DNA of 52,772 nucleotides, filler included, from Streblomastix strix (lineage: Eukaryota), in assembly GCA_008636045.1 (NCBI GenBank). It is 2 parts of 2 records of this genome, joined end to end, with 100 filler letters (N's around TTAATTAATTAA, not from the genome) between each part and the next. Parts side by side here need not be neighbours in the genome. Positions count along the whole stretch, not along the records: positions 1 to 26,342 come from SNRW01000167.1; 1 more part is not named here. One strand, 5' to 3'. This document shows, piece by piece, positions 1-11,509 of this stretch (the stretch's first letter is position 1; the number at the start of each line of letters is the position of its first letter). The position numbers and the translations under genes were made by a program. The notes under the pieces were generated by a model. It saw only the letters and a list, made by a program, of their open reading frames with translations. It ran no database searches and was not told the origin of the DNA.

Positions 1-155
1 TTTAATATCTTTATTATTTAATATATGTTATATATATTTTTTATTTTATCATCATATTTTATATTTAAAATTCAATATTTTATTTTCCTCACTTCCAACC
101 CCAAATTCATTGGGTTAATATTAACAACCACAAACATAAAGCATATAACCTTAGA

Positions 156-513
156 TCACCATTCCATAGCAACAAACCTCATTTGTACCATAACATCAGT
201 TGGATTACGATAATTAATATAGGCAGGATTATGATTAAATGCAGTTTGAAAGTTAATAGACATTGGAACACAGCCATATACCCTCATAGAATTATGTAGA
301 TGAATAACCCGAACAGTATTACTAAAGGAACTCCTACAATATTCAAGGCCAGCCGAATCAAAATGATTATGGCTAATCAAATGTACGTAATTAATATCAA
401 TAATTTAGCTGATACCCCCTTTTGAGGTTCACATTGATACAAGCAAGAGGTTATAATAAATAAATAAAAAATTATTGTTTTATTGGGTTTCTAATTGTCT
501 TTTTATAATCCAT
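156..513 (-). CDS. Hypothetical protein (~104 aa), possibly extending toward the window start
   Basis: ATG at 513 plus a putative GT-AG intron (415-373) joins in frame to the ORF HNHFDSAGLEYCRSSF...VAMEW, ending at TGA. Strong third-position T bias. No recognisable family. Confidence 0.3.
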
Positions 514-863
514 ATTGAACGTGTCGGCTCTTTTGCCTACAGGCAAAATAAATTTAAAAGCGTATTTTTTACTCCAGAATAAAATAATTTATTAAAAATA
601 ATAGTTCTTATTTATTAACCTAAGTATTTACCAACCAATTTTATTACTTATTCAATATTTCAAAGTCAAAATTTAATGGTACAATCTTTAGGAATACTTC
701 CAAATATAAATATTGTTTTGTATATTTTCTGATAAGTATTACATCATGATATGATTCATATATCAGAAAATCTTTATCATGTAACAAGATTTATTAATGA
801 CATTAAAACATTGCTGTTTAATTATATTTTTCCAATTTTATTAATTTATTTATTATAAGCGCA

Positions 864-2727
864 ATGGCAGCAGATTGGGGTACTATTGAATCAGATCCTG
901 GTTTGTCTGTTAGTATTTGTTTATTGTATTTTTATTTAAAGGGGTTTAATAGGGGTATTTACTTTACTATTGGAGAAAATTGGAGTATCTGGAGTTGAGT
1001 GCGTTGAACTTTTTGATTTAGAACCACAGTCATCTACATAATTTGAGTTTGTCATTTTTTCGTGTATATCTATCATATTTTTACCTCTTTAACCAGCAAA
1101 GTATTCGGGCTTGTATTTCTTTTCAATTATACGAAGAGCTAGAAGAATAGTCGTCGATAGAACTAAGATGTCCAGTCGCAGGTTCATTTATAGAGGGTGA
1201 ACGAACAGTATTATCCAACACTTTACTATGCAAAACAGCTTGCTTAAAATTCTTGCTGTACAGTCGCACTATTATCTATTGCCATGAATCGCGCAGACGA
1301 ATCCGACTTGACTCTTAGTGAAAATCTTTTAAATCTTCGTGAATTCTCCTAATCATTCTCATCAAAAGTTTATAATAGTTTTTTTCTTTTATTTAATAAA
1401 TATATAAATATAAAATATTAATTATAGGAGCGTGGATAATTTCTTGCTAATGATCAGAAAATCAGAGAAGCTCATAATGCATTTGTTGGGTGTGAAATTA
1501 TATTTTTTCTAATTTTATATATATTTAATTATTATATATTATTTATTATTATTGCTATTATCTTTATTACTAATATTTTTTTGTGATATACCACTGAAAT
1601 AGTAAAACACTTTTCTAGATGGAGTAAGATGATTCACGTAAAGGAACATAAGATGCATACCACTTCATTTCATATGTTCCTGTAGATGGATTTATATTTG
1701 AATTGGATGGATTAGCTGAACTACCAGTGAAAATATCAGATCTTAGATCTCCATCATCTTAAAATACAATGTAAGGTTGGGAATAAGTTGCTGCAAAGGC
1801 CATTTAATATAGAATTGCATCAATGGGAGACAATGAGCTTGAATTTTCACTTATTGCTATTGTACCACAATAATTAAATAGAATGATATAATAAAGAAAG
1901 AAATTAGCCAGAATTAGAAGGAAGATTCTCGCATAGAAAGTTTAGGGAGATAACAGTGAATTATTAAAAGAGAATAAAACCGGGGAAGAAAATGAATAAG
2001 AAAATGAAGAATCTGGTTAATTGTGGAGTGCTGGAACATATTCACCTCCAGATAATTTCCCATTTCAGTGTAGTATCAATTTCTCATCAAGTTTTGGCAA
2101 ATTTATTAATGATGATAAAATAAAAGTGAGCAATAAAGAAGGAAAACAAATGATCAAAGATTTGAGTTAGAATTCCTCATCATCTTAATCAAGTTCATCT
2201 TCTAGTTACACAAATAGTGCAGATTTCAGATACACAGAAGCCGAACTTCGCTATTTGCTTTATCTTGAGAGTTATCTTGATTCGTCTATAAGCTGGGATC
2301 AAATAGAAGCTCTTTTCATTCAATATGGAGATATGAATGTAGATGCAGAAGAAGATGATGAAGAGACATTGGTATGCTATTTATGCATGATAAATATTAT
2401 AAGCAAATATGATAATTACAGTTTTTCTTCATTTATTTTCATACATATTTCTTTTATTTATGCAAAAATTAGAATGCTGTGAACGAGTTACTAAGAATAT
2501 TAGATGGAAATATCCAGAGGAAGGTTGAACTTCGAAGGCGTTGGGAAGAAGAGCAATTATTACGCGAGTTCAATTTCCTTCCTTTAATCACAGCAGTGCT
2601 CGAGAAGCAAGCACGATGCGGAGTTGTGAACAGGCTGACAAAGAAATGGATCGAGTAACGAACTGCTGACAGTGATTCTGGAGCAGCTGTTACTGGTTAA
2701 TAAGTTCCAAAGTCTGTTAATAAATGA
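864..2727 (+). CDS. UCHL5: Ubiquitin C-terminal hydrolase (peptidase C12), UCH37/UCHL5-BAP1 type, ~495 aa, 6 exons
   Basis: Motifs [33 protein letters not shown] (catalytic Q/C), [21 protein letters not shown] (H/D) and C-terminal ULD-like [16 protein letters not shown]. Introns 901-952, 1047-1096, 1368-1427, 1490-1602, 2372-2472; exons sum to 1488 nt. Stop TGA. Confidence 0.92.
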
Positions 2728-2789
2728 AAGCTTGCTATTCAAGACAAAAATATAATATTTTATTGTTGAAATGAGTTGGTTATCATGAT

Positions 2790-3164
2790 TCAGAAAAATC
2801 CTTTTGTGGCTCCTCCAATGTATTGATCAGGAATAAGCTGAAGTTTTATTTTCTCTTGTTCATATGGTATGTTGTTCTTTGGGAATCGTTGGCCCACATA
2901 ATATCCTAAACTGCCATCCGCATGATGGGAAGGTTTAAGCGGATCTTCAAATTGATATCTATATTCAGTTTCTCGTTGTTTGAGAGGGATGACTCGGTTT
3001 TGCAGGGATCGAATCAAATCAGGATTGCTTGCATCTCTCTAATCATACTCACGAGGGCCACCCCGAATATCATTGAACATTGGCTTGCCTTACATGGAAT
3101 GCAATCTATCTGCAGCAGTAATGCTGAAGTTTGATTGATACGTACTCTCTAGGTTATCTGCCAT
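2790..3164 (-). CDS. Small 124 aa protein with two Mn-motif-like segments (candidate microtubule inner protein)
   Basis: Single exon, ATG 3164 to TGA 2790 with TAR=Gln: MADNLESTYQSNFSITAADRLHSMQGK...RETEYRYQFEDP...KGFF. The CDS is well supported; the function is inferred. Confidence 0.75.
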
Positions 3165-3916
3165 TCTGCGTAAAATCAGAAAAAATGAATAATTAAAGTA
3201 TAAAAACATGATTTTTTCTTTAAAAATAGGATATTTAATTTTCCAGTGATATAAAAAATGAAGATTATTTTTTAAATATTACAAGTTCAAAAAAATTGGC
3301 CGTTATAAAAATGTATTTGATATACAACAAATTAAAACAAAATTAAATTGTTGATATAAATTAAAAAATTTGGGGATGCCAAATTGACCCAGAGGGTTTT
3401 GGCTGGGTGGGTCGATCAGAGTTCTGCATGTATGAATAAATATATTATATTTCAAAAATAGCGTTTTACTTTATGCTGGAAAAATTGAAAAAAGAAAAAA
3501 AAATAATAAAATCTGAACTGCATCAACAAATAATTAAAATTATATGTATGTATGTTGTAATTTAGTAATAAATTAAATATATTAAATCATTAAATTTGTT
3601 AATTATTAAATAAAACTTGTGATACATGAAAGAATTGACAAATAATAAAAATAATTTTGTTGAAGCCAACTGTAGAATAGTGGTCAAATGTATCTGATTA
3701 AATAAGTTAATAAATATATAAATTTAAAAAATAATATAAAAATTAAAGATAAAGATACTAGCTGAGGGACACACTGCTGAGATTAAAATTTTACCCAAAG
3801 TGCTAATATAGGCTTATTTGAATCAATATTTTACTAAAATACGTATTAATAAAATTAATAAAATTAATTTTGTAGAAGAACAGTGGTAAATACTCTTGTT
3901 TAGAATGACCCAGACT

Positions 3917-3934
3917 GGGTTGGGTCGGGTCGGG
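3917..3934 (+). other. Canonical G-quadruplex motif
   Basis: GGG-TT-GGG-TC-GGG-TC-GGG. Confidence 0.7.
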
Positions 3935-4293
3935 TCGTTTTTTTTTAAAGCCAAATTTGGATTGTAACAAGAATTGCGCGCCTGCAAGTTAACAATTCAT
4001 AAATTGATTAAGATAGAAATATGATAATGATATAACTACACATAATTATAATAAATATACTCAATAATACATTTAACTGGGCTCGAAAAAGAGTTTACCC
4101 ATAATGACCAGTACTAATTTGAGGAAAAATAATTTTTTACAGAAACTTTATTTAATATTTTAAAATATATAAACATATTATATATAAATATTAAAATGTA
4201 TTTAATATATTATTATTCATATCTGAATCAATAAAAAAAATTTGATATTTTATTTTAGGGATGTTATTTTGGGTTGTTTTTTCTTGGTTGATT

Positions 4294-4323
4294 GGGTAGG
4301 GTTAGGGTTCTGGGTGGTTGGGG
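4294..4323 (+). other. Canonical G-quadruplex motif containing a telomere-like TTAGGG
   Basis: GGG-TA-GGG-TTA-GGG-TTCT-GGG-TGGTT-GGGG. Confidence 0.7.
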
Positions 4324-4614
4324 TGGCATCCCCAAGCAATATTTGATTTAAGGGTTAATTATCTATAAAATTCAGAAGAGCAAAGTATGTAGTTTGAGAA
4401 AATTTAGTTCTAATACTGTATTCATACTTTTTTGAAATGAATATAACTCAATAATACATTATATATTAATTTTATAATCAATCTCCCAAGTGTATCTAGC
4501 TCAAACAAAATTTTTATAATAAATATGAAAAAATTCACCAAGGATAGAATTTTCATTTTTTATTTACCATCACTTATTTACATATTTATTGCTTTATTAC
4601 TTTTAAGGTAGATA

Positions 4615-7600
4615 ATGCAATAAAACGGAGAGGGAAGCGGTAACCAACCATCACAATTACCAACACTTCTAGTCCCCCCTGCGCCTCAATAACTGGCTTA
4701 ACAGTAACTCGCACCTTAGTAGCCGTCGTAGCAACAACCAGATATCTAATAACCAGCATAACACGAAAATATTTAATAACCAGCTTTAGAAGAAATGCCA
4801 GTGGAAGAAAAGCCAGCTGAAGAAGACCAAATAATGGTGGAATGTGTACTATGCCATGTTTTGTATACAATCTAAGAAATAGAAGAACATGAACAAATTT
4901 GCCGAATTCTAAGCCCTAATGAAAGATAAGCTATGTTTGCTAGAGAAAAGCAAAAACCTAAATCAAAATAGTAATAACCTCAAAATTCGCTTAATCCTCA
5001 AAATCAGGTCCATATTTCAAACGAGCAATAAAATAATCATCAGAGTGAACTTATTCATCGATTCAATTAAGTTATGACCGAATTCCATTGTCTTTAAATG
5101 CAACATGGTTATAATAATGAAGAACGTGGAATATAAAATGATATTGAAGAATAAATAGAGAATACTATTTAAATAGGCTTAAGTATCAGCGATTAATTCA
5201 ATGATACAATATAAGCTCTGAATGAGATGGGAGAAGAAGCTGAACTATTGGAAGATGAATAACTTGATTAATTAGATAATTTAATTGAAGATTTTTATAA
5301 TACAAAATAGGATCTGGACAATATACGCAAACAACTGCAGGATACAAGAGCGAAACATTAAAACACACTACAATAGTACCGTGGAGCATCACATGCTGCC
5401 AGACGAGACATTTTTCAACATGAAATTGAGACCCACAATCAAAAACGTGAAAGCTCTCCATCACAAGGCTCACAGCAATCTCACGATTCCCATCATGTTA
5501 TACACCATGATCAATAATAGCAACAACAACAATAACAATAACAATAACAATAAAGAAGAAGTCAGTCTCCCAGTGATGAACATCATTTAACGCGCTCTGT
5601 AACACCTACTTATGTGGGAGAATAAAGACCTAATATAGTTAATAGCACAGTTAATCAACCCGAGTAGAGTTCTCAGACAAATCCAAATCAAAATAAATTA
5701 TAAATTATAAACTAATAATAATAATTATAATAACTTCAAAATTTAAAACCAAATTTAAGAGGTGGCTTTGGATATCGTCCTAATTACTACAGCTATGGAT
5801 CAAGTTATGGAGAACAAGAAGAGATATAAGCATTGAATCATTACTAAAGGAGATAGTAGTAACAGAACGCATAAAGACTTGCAGATGAACAAGAAAGAAT
5901 ATTGTAGCAGTATAGAAGAACAGGAAACTCACCTCCTGGTCAACAATCACATGAGATGATTGAATTATTGAGAATAGCATAAGAGTTTGATCAAGATGAT
6001 ATGGATAATGAAAATAGTGGGATGCATAGAGCATTACATAGCAATGAGATGTATAGTATATTTGGCAGAAGCACAACTGCATCTGGTTAGTTATCTGGTG
6101 CAATGCAAGGATCTGCATAAAACTCACCTTTACCATCATAATTGACACCACCTACCTAGATTGGACAGACATTATCTAACTAAGATTCTTCTTCTTCTTC
6201 CTCCTCCTCCTCCTCTTCTTCTTCTTCTTCTCAATCTGAGGAATAAATAAAGAATAAATTTGAAAATTCAGATGTGTTTAATTTTGTTACTCAACCAATC
6301 ATTCAGTTTGTTGTTCCATAAGCCCATCGTATTGAGAGATTCCGAACTGCAATTACCAATAAATACAACAACGACATTCGTCTACTGGAAATTGAAAAAA
6401 AGAAAGAGGAAGATAATTTAAGAAGAAGTGGAGCAGGATCAGGAATAGATCACGAATTTGGTGGATTTTTTTAGATGATGATGAATCATACTGAAGGCAG
6501 TTCAATAACTCAATAATAACAACAACAACCAAACAACGCACTTAATTAGAATTAAAGCCAACAATCACATTAAATCCAAACTTTGAATAGACCATAAAAT
6601 GCATTAAGAAACCTGTCTTTATGGCTTGAAGTTGATCGCCGTGATCTTCTTCATTCATCATACAATGCATGGATGTTTAAGAATGACAGAAGACTCTGGA
6701 AGGCTAAAACGACAATAAAATACAAGTATGAGGATGGAATAGACAATGGTGGAATGAGAAGGAACTTTTTCAGTACAGTAATGCAAGAAGCATGTGATGT
6801 AGATTGGAACAAAGGATTTGGGAATAAAAGATCTATTGGTGAAGAATTGGATGTATTTGAGGATGAAGATACATAGAATCGCACTCATAATGAAAATTAA
6901 CATATATAGAATAAGTAGAATGAAAAAGATAAAGGAAAAGAGAAATAATAAGAATACAAACACACAGAAAACAAACTCATATCAAAAATTAATGAGAATC
7001 CAGATTAGAATTAATAAGTTACATCAAATAATCATCATTTTAGAAAGAAAAGAAGATGGGGAATGTTTTCTTGCGCCTTAGATAACGAATATCGTTATTC
7101 AGTAGTCGCAACATCACCTTTAATTTGCAAATTTGAAATATTAGAACAGAAATAATAAGTTTAATCAACATCTTCAATTGCTTAAAAGAAAAAGTCTCAA
7201 TAAGCACCAGAATTTAACTTAGCTTAACATTTTTTAAATACACAAACTTTTAAACAATAATAATCATAAAACTTTGAAGTAACAACAAATTAATTTGTAT
7301 TTGGACCTGCAACACTCCCATTTTAATCTAATACTTCTCTTCTCCTTATTCATTATCAATAATAAATTGAATAATAAACAAAATCTAGTTTTGATTAATA
7401 GGATAAAAATTTATAACTAATGAATGAATACTAATAACAAGTGGATATTCATTCAGATCTTCAATCAAAAGATGAAAATAAACAGAAATAAGAAAAAGAT
7501 TAATTGAAAAGAAAAAGAAGGTCGGAAAAAAAGAAAATAAACAGAATGAAAAGGAAATAAGAATAAATTGATGAACCTAGTGTGGACAAAAAAGATTATT

Positions 7601-9648
7601 AAAATATTAATAACAAAGAAAACACATATAATTAATTATTTGATTTGAGTGAAAAACAATAAAAATAGGATTAAAATTCAAAAACAGAGTAAATTATGTA
7701 ATTGAATTAATAGACTTAATAACAAAAATAATAATAGTAATCAAGTTAAACAGCATAACTTTCCAAATCAGAATCTCTGTTATTTTAGACTTCATGTATT
7801 GATCAACAAATTTTATCCTCTTCATTACCATCTTAATCATCATCTTCTTCTTCATAGTCATCATCATCCTCTTCATAATTATCATTTTCATCATAATTTA
7901 AAGATTTAAATTAATCTCAATCTCTAACTTCACAATCTTAAATCAAATTCACACTTGTTCCAGTAATAACCGATTTGAAGATGTTCCGCTTCATTGGAAT
8001 GATATTGGGCAAAGCGATCATTGAGCGCACAACAATTCCAGTCAGGTTTGATAAATTTTTCTACAAATTCCTGTTGAATCAATCTCCACACATCAGCGAT
8101 ATTGACTTTATTGATCCTAAATTGGCTAAACAACTGCGAAAGATGGAAACTGAAGATGTTGACAATTGGGGGTTGACTTTCTCTTATGGTGTTGAATAAG
8201 ATGTTTGGGTGAATGAATGTGAAGCTGAAAAAATATTGAAAAAAGTTTAGAAATTAAAAACTTAACAGGATAAAGCTGCTAATATTGATAATAGTAAACA
8301 TGAAAAGGTTAAAAGTGAAGAATTGAATGTGAAAAAGTTAGAAAATAGTTAAAAAGATAATGATAATGAAAATAAAAAAGATATTGGAAAAGAATAGAAA
8401 AATGATATTTTAAAAGTTATTGACGATAACAAAAAGAAATTAAGTTTGAAAGATAGAGAAAATGATGAAAATTCAATTCCATCTTAATAACAGCAATAAT
8501 AACAATAACAATTTATTGTTGATCTTCATAATCTTCTCTCAACAATTCCCAGGAAAATCAACAAATAAATTGAATTATTCGAAGGAGGTTCTTAGGTTGA
8601 AGTCAATAATTCAAATAAATCCGAATACATCCAACTCTGCATCAATCATCGTCTGTTAGGGGGATTAGCTGGACCAAGACTTTCTGCTATTAGAGAAGGA
8701 TTTCACTATATGATCCCTGTTGTAGTTCCAACTTAGCCTGGTGAAACTAAAAATAGCTCAAAACACCATAACTAATAATAGTAATAATAATAGCAACAAT
8801 TAATACAACAACAACCGCCTTAATAAAATACATTTTTGCCTTTTTTACCTCCTATTCCACCATTCCAGCATCAGTTGCCTCAATTATAATAACAGTTTCC
8901 TTAATCACCATCTTCATAGTAACAACCAAAACCTGTTACTGCATTAAATATAAGTTAAAGTTCTACATTTGGCTCTGATAAGAATGTTTCATCATCCACA
9001 TCCAACTTCACTAACTCATCTCTTCGTTATTTGACTCCTGATGATCTGGAATAGATCTTATGTGGTCCTGCTATACTTGATGTTAATTAGTGGGATAACG
9101 CAACAGTATATAGTGAAGGGTTTACAAGATCAAGTTAAGAGGTTTGCTGATGCTGATTTTATTATTATTATGATTAGTAAATGAAAATTTGTATAATTTA
9201 TATATTTATTGATAAAAATTATTATTAATTGATTTTTCATTTATTTTTTTATAAATTTTCATATATTTTTTATAATTTTTTCATTTTTTTTTCATTTTTT
9301 TTCATTTTTTTTCATTTATCTTTCTTTTATTTTTATATGATTCAGGTTGAATGGTTTTGGGAGATTGTCAAATAAGAGATGAATAATGAATAACGCCAGG
9401 CCCTGCTCGAATTTGTAACAGGCTCAAGAGCTCCTCCTTTAGAAGGATTCCGCTTCTTATCTGGTCAAACACGCGACAAGATTACACCATTCACAATTCG
9501 CTTCAATGTTTCACTGATTAAAAACTCACCTCCGATTTCTCATACATGCTTTAATACACTTGAGATGCCTCATTATAAGGACAAAGATGAGTTAAGAAAG
9601 AAATTATTCCTTGGTATTGAAGATTCAGAAGGATTTCATGCTCACTGA
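4615..9648 (+). CDS. HECT-domain E3 ubiquitin ligase, ~1600 aa, Gln-rich N-terminus
   Basis: One frame 4615-9141, intron 9142-9345, last exon to TGA 9648. Motifs LEVDRRDLL, EDGIDNGGMRRNFF, FRFIGMILGKAI, VEWFWEIV, LLEFVTGS, PISHTCFNTLEMP (catalytic Cys) and a terminal -4 Phe (EGFHAH). Confidence 0.93.
9277..9317. repeat. Short tandem repeat of (T)nCA units in the HECT intron
   Basis: About 4 copies of a ~10 bp unit TTTTTTTTCA. Confidence 0.6.
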
Positions 9649-9965
9649 AGAAGTAATAATAATGTAGATAAAGATATTTTAATAAATTTGTTTGGAATAT
9701 CGAAAGTTAACAGTGTGTTAAATTTAATTCATTCAAATAGCACTTTACTTACCCGAACTTCATTTTTCTGCTTTTTGCACCTAATTATTATTCAATTTGC
9801 AATAAAGATAATTCTAAAATATATTCTCATTCAAGCAAACACTATTCAAAATTTATTTATTTTTTTGTTGATATGAATAAAATAAAGAAGATATTCATTA
9901 TAAATGATATACTCTTGAAACAAATATTATATTTATAATCATTCAAGTGTTAAGCATGAAGTGCT

Positions 9966-10934
9966 TCATGTACAATGACCTTCATTATCATCGTCTTCAC
10001 TTCCATAAAGCATGATTGTATCTAATGCATTTATTTCATCTTGCAATTTGTTAATTTAAACATCTTTATCAGATTACTAATAATCTTTAACATTAAACTC
10101 TTAATTCTAACAATTGCTGTCAGTCGAAGAACTTTCAATACTTTAACTATCTGAGTTTTATGAATCATCATCATTATTGCTGCTTTCCGACTCTTACTTC
10201 AGCGATTTTTCAGTTAAATGCCATGAGGTGCCGAGTTCTATTCCTTCAATATGAGTATTCCAATCCCCTTCAAAGAAATGATTTATGGCAATAAATCGTA
10301 AACATTAAAGTAATGCGCTTCTTTCCTATTTTTCCTCTTTCTCGATAAGTTTACTAATCAGTGACTTCGATTTGAGTCGGTTAAATGGATTATTTGTTGG
10401 TTGCAATTCTTTTTTTCCTTATCTTCTTCCTTTTCCTCTACATTTCCCTCTTAAGCTTCCTCTTACTCTATTTGGGTCTCTAACCTATTTTTTATTAATT
10501 TGTTAAAGTTGAAACTATAAATCAGAAGGATTCTGAATTTATTAATAATTGAAATTGTGATTATTTAAACTTTTTTAAAATTGTTCATTCTATATGATAT
10601 TATTGCTTTGAAGTTATGATTATTATTACTGCAGATTAAGCGTGTTTTGAACAAATCCCAGAATCTAATTTTCTGAACTTATCGTCTAGATTTTTTCTGG
10701 TTTATCCAAATCAAAAATACTTTACATTTGTTGAATATATTTTTCTTAATTGCTTGATTTGAGTGGATATTCTTTTTATTTTCGAAAAATTTTATCATCT
10801 GCTATCTTTTTAGCCAATTTTTCGGCTAAATCTAGTTACTTTTGCACATTTGCTAAGGATGGATATCGACGTTTTCTTTCTTCTAGATATTATGTTGATT
10901 CTGATTTGAAAACAGATTAAATATTCCGAGCCAT
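9966..10934 (-). CDS. NUFIP1: NUFIP1/Rsa1 homolog, box C/D snoRNP assembly factor, 322 aa
   Basis: Intronless 969 nt frame. N-terminal YLEERKRRYPSLANVQK resembles the PEP motif (ERRKNYPTLANI). SLISKLIEKEEKQERSALLQCLRFIAINHFF resembles the NUFIP1 C-terminal motif (LL..DIRHERNVILQCVRYI...FF). Confidence 0.8.
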
Positions 10935-11509
10935 ATAAAAATTATTGGTATCTTACTGTAATTTATATAAAATTAAATGATGATTATACAAAATTAAACG
11001 GTTTAATAATCGCAAAATGCATATTTTATTTTAATGTTAAATATGTCAGCCGCTGTAAACATAAATCTTATAAATTTTGGTAAAACAAATGCTAGAACAT
11101 TTTAATATAATTTATAGCAAATTGAATGTTCTTGACGAGCAGTACAAAGCTTTTTATTCTCTAACTATGACTCAAACACAATATTATACACAAATTGATA
11201 ATATTATTTATTCATATATTATATTATTTGAATTTAGTGTAGTTTCTTATATAATTTATTCCAATTTATACATTAAAAAAACTTTTCTTAAAGTTTTAAA
11301 GACAAATGTATTCAATATTCTTTAAATTGAATGATATTCATTACACAATTATGATCTTTATTGATATTAAGATAATTTATTTTCTTATTTGGATGGTAAT
11401 GCAAAATAAGATAAAAAATCTCTTTTTATGCATCATATATAATATAATCTATTTTAGTTTTAGTTTATTTTATATGTATTATATATATTTAAACTTTTAT
11501 TCAGATAAA

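Larger units (their letters stand above)
3370..4335. mobile_element. Putative non-autonomous DNA transposon/MITE remnant with 12 bp terminal inverted repeats and internal G-rich motifs
   Basis: TTGGGGATGCCA at 3370-3381 and its exact reverse complement TGGCATCCCCAA at 4324-4335. No long coding capacity recognised between them. No target site duplication found. Confidence 0.45.

Noticed and set aside
80..434. Hydrophobic minus-strand frame readable as a membrane protein if TGA=Trp
   Set aside because: It is the shifted frame of an ORF with T-ending codons, which puts T in codon position 2. TGA is the stop in all confident genes.
4297..4309. Telomere or chromosome end
   Set aside because: Only about two TTAGGG-like units, internal and flanked by genes.
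9955..9970. Palindrome CATGAAG-TG-CTTCATG over the NUFIP1 stop
   Set aside because: A 7 bp stem with a 2 nt loop is expected by chance in 52 kb, and similar hairpins were not seen at other stops.
11077..11509. ORFs 11077-11325 and 11306-11560 in the track
   Set aside because: Promoter, UTR or intron sequence; only the part from ATG 11510 belongs to CDC23.
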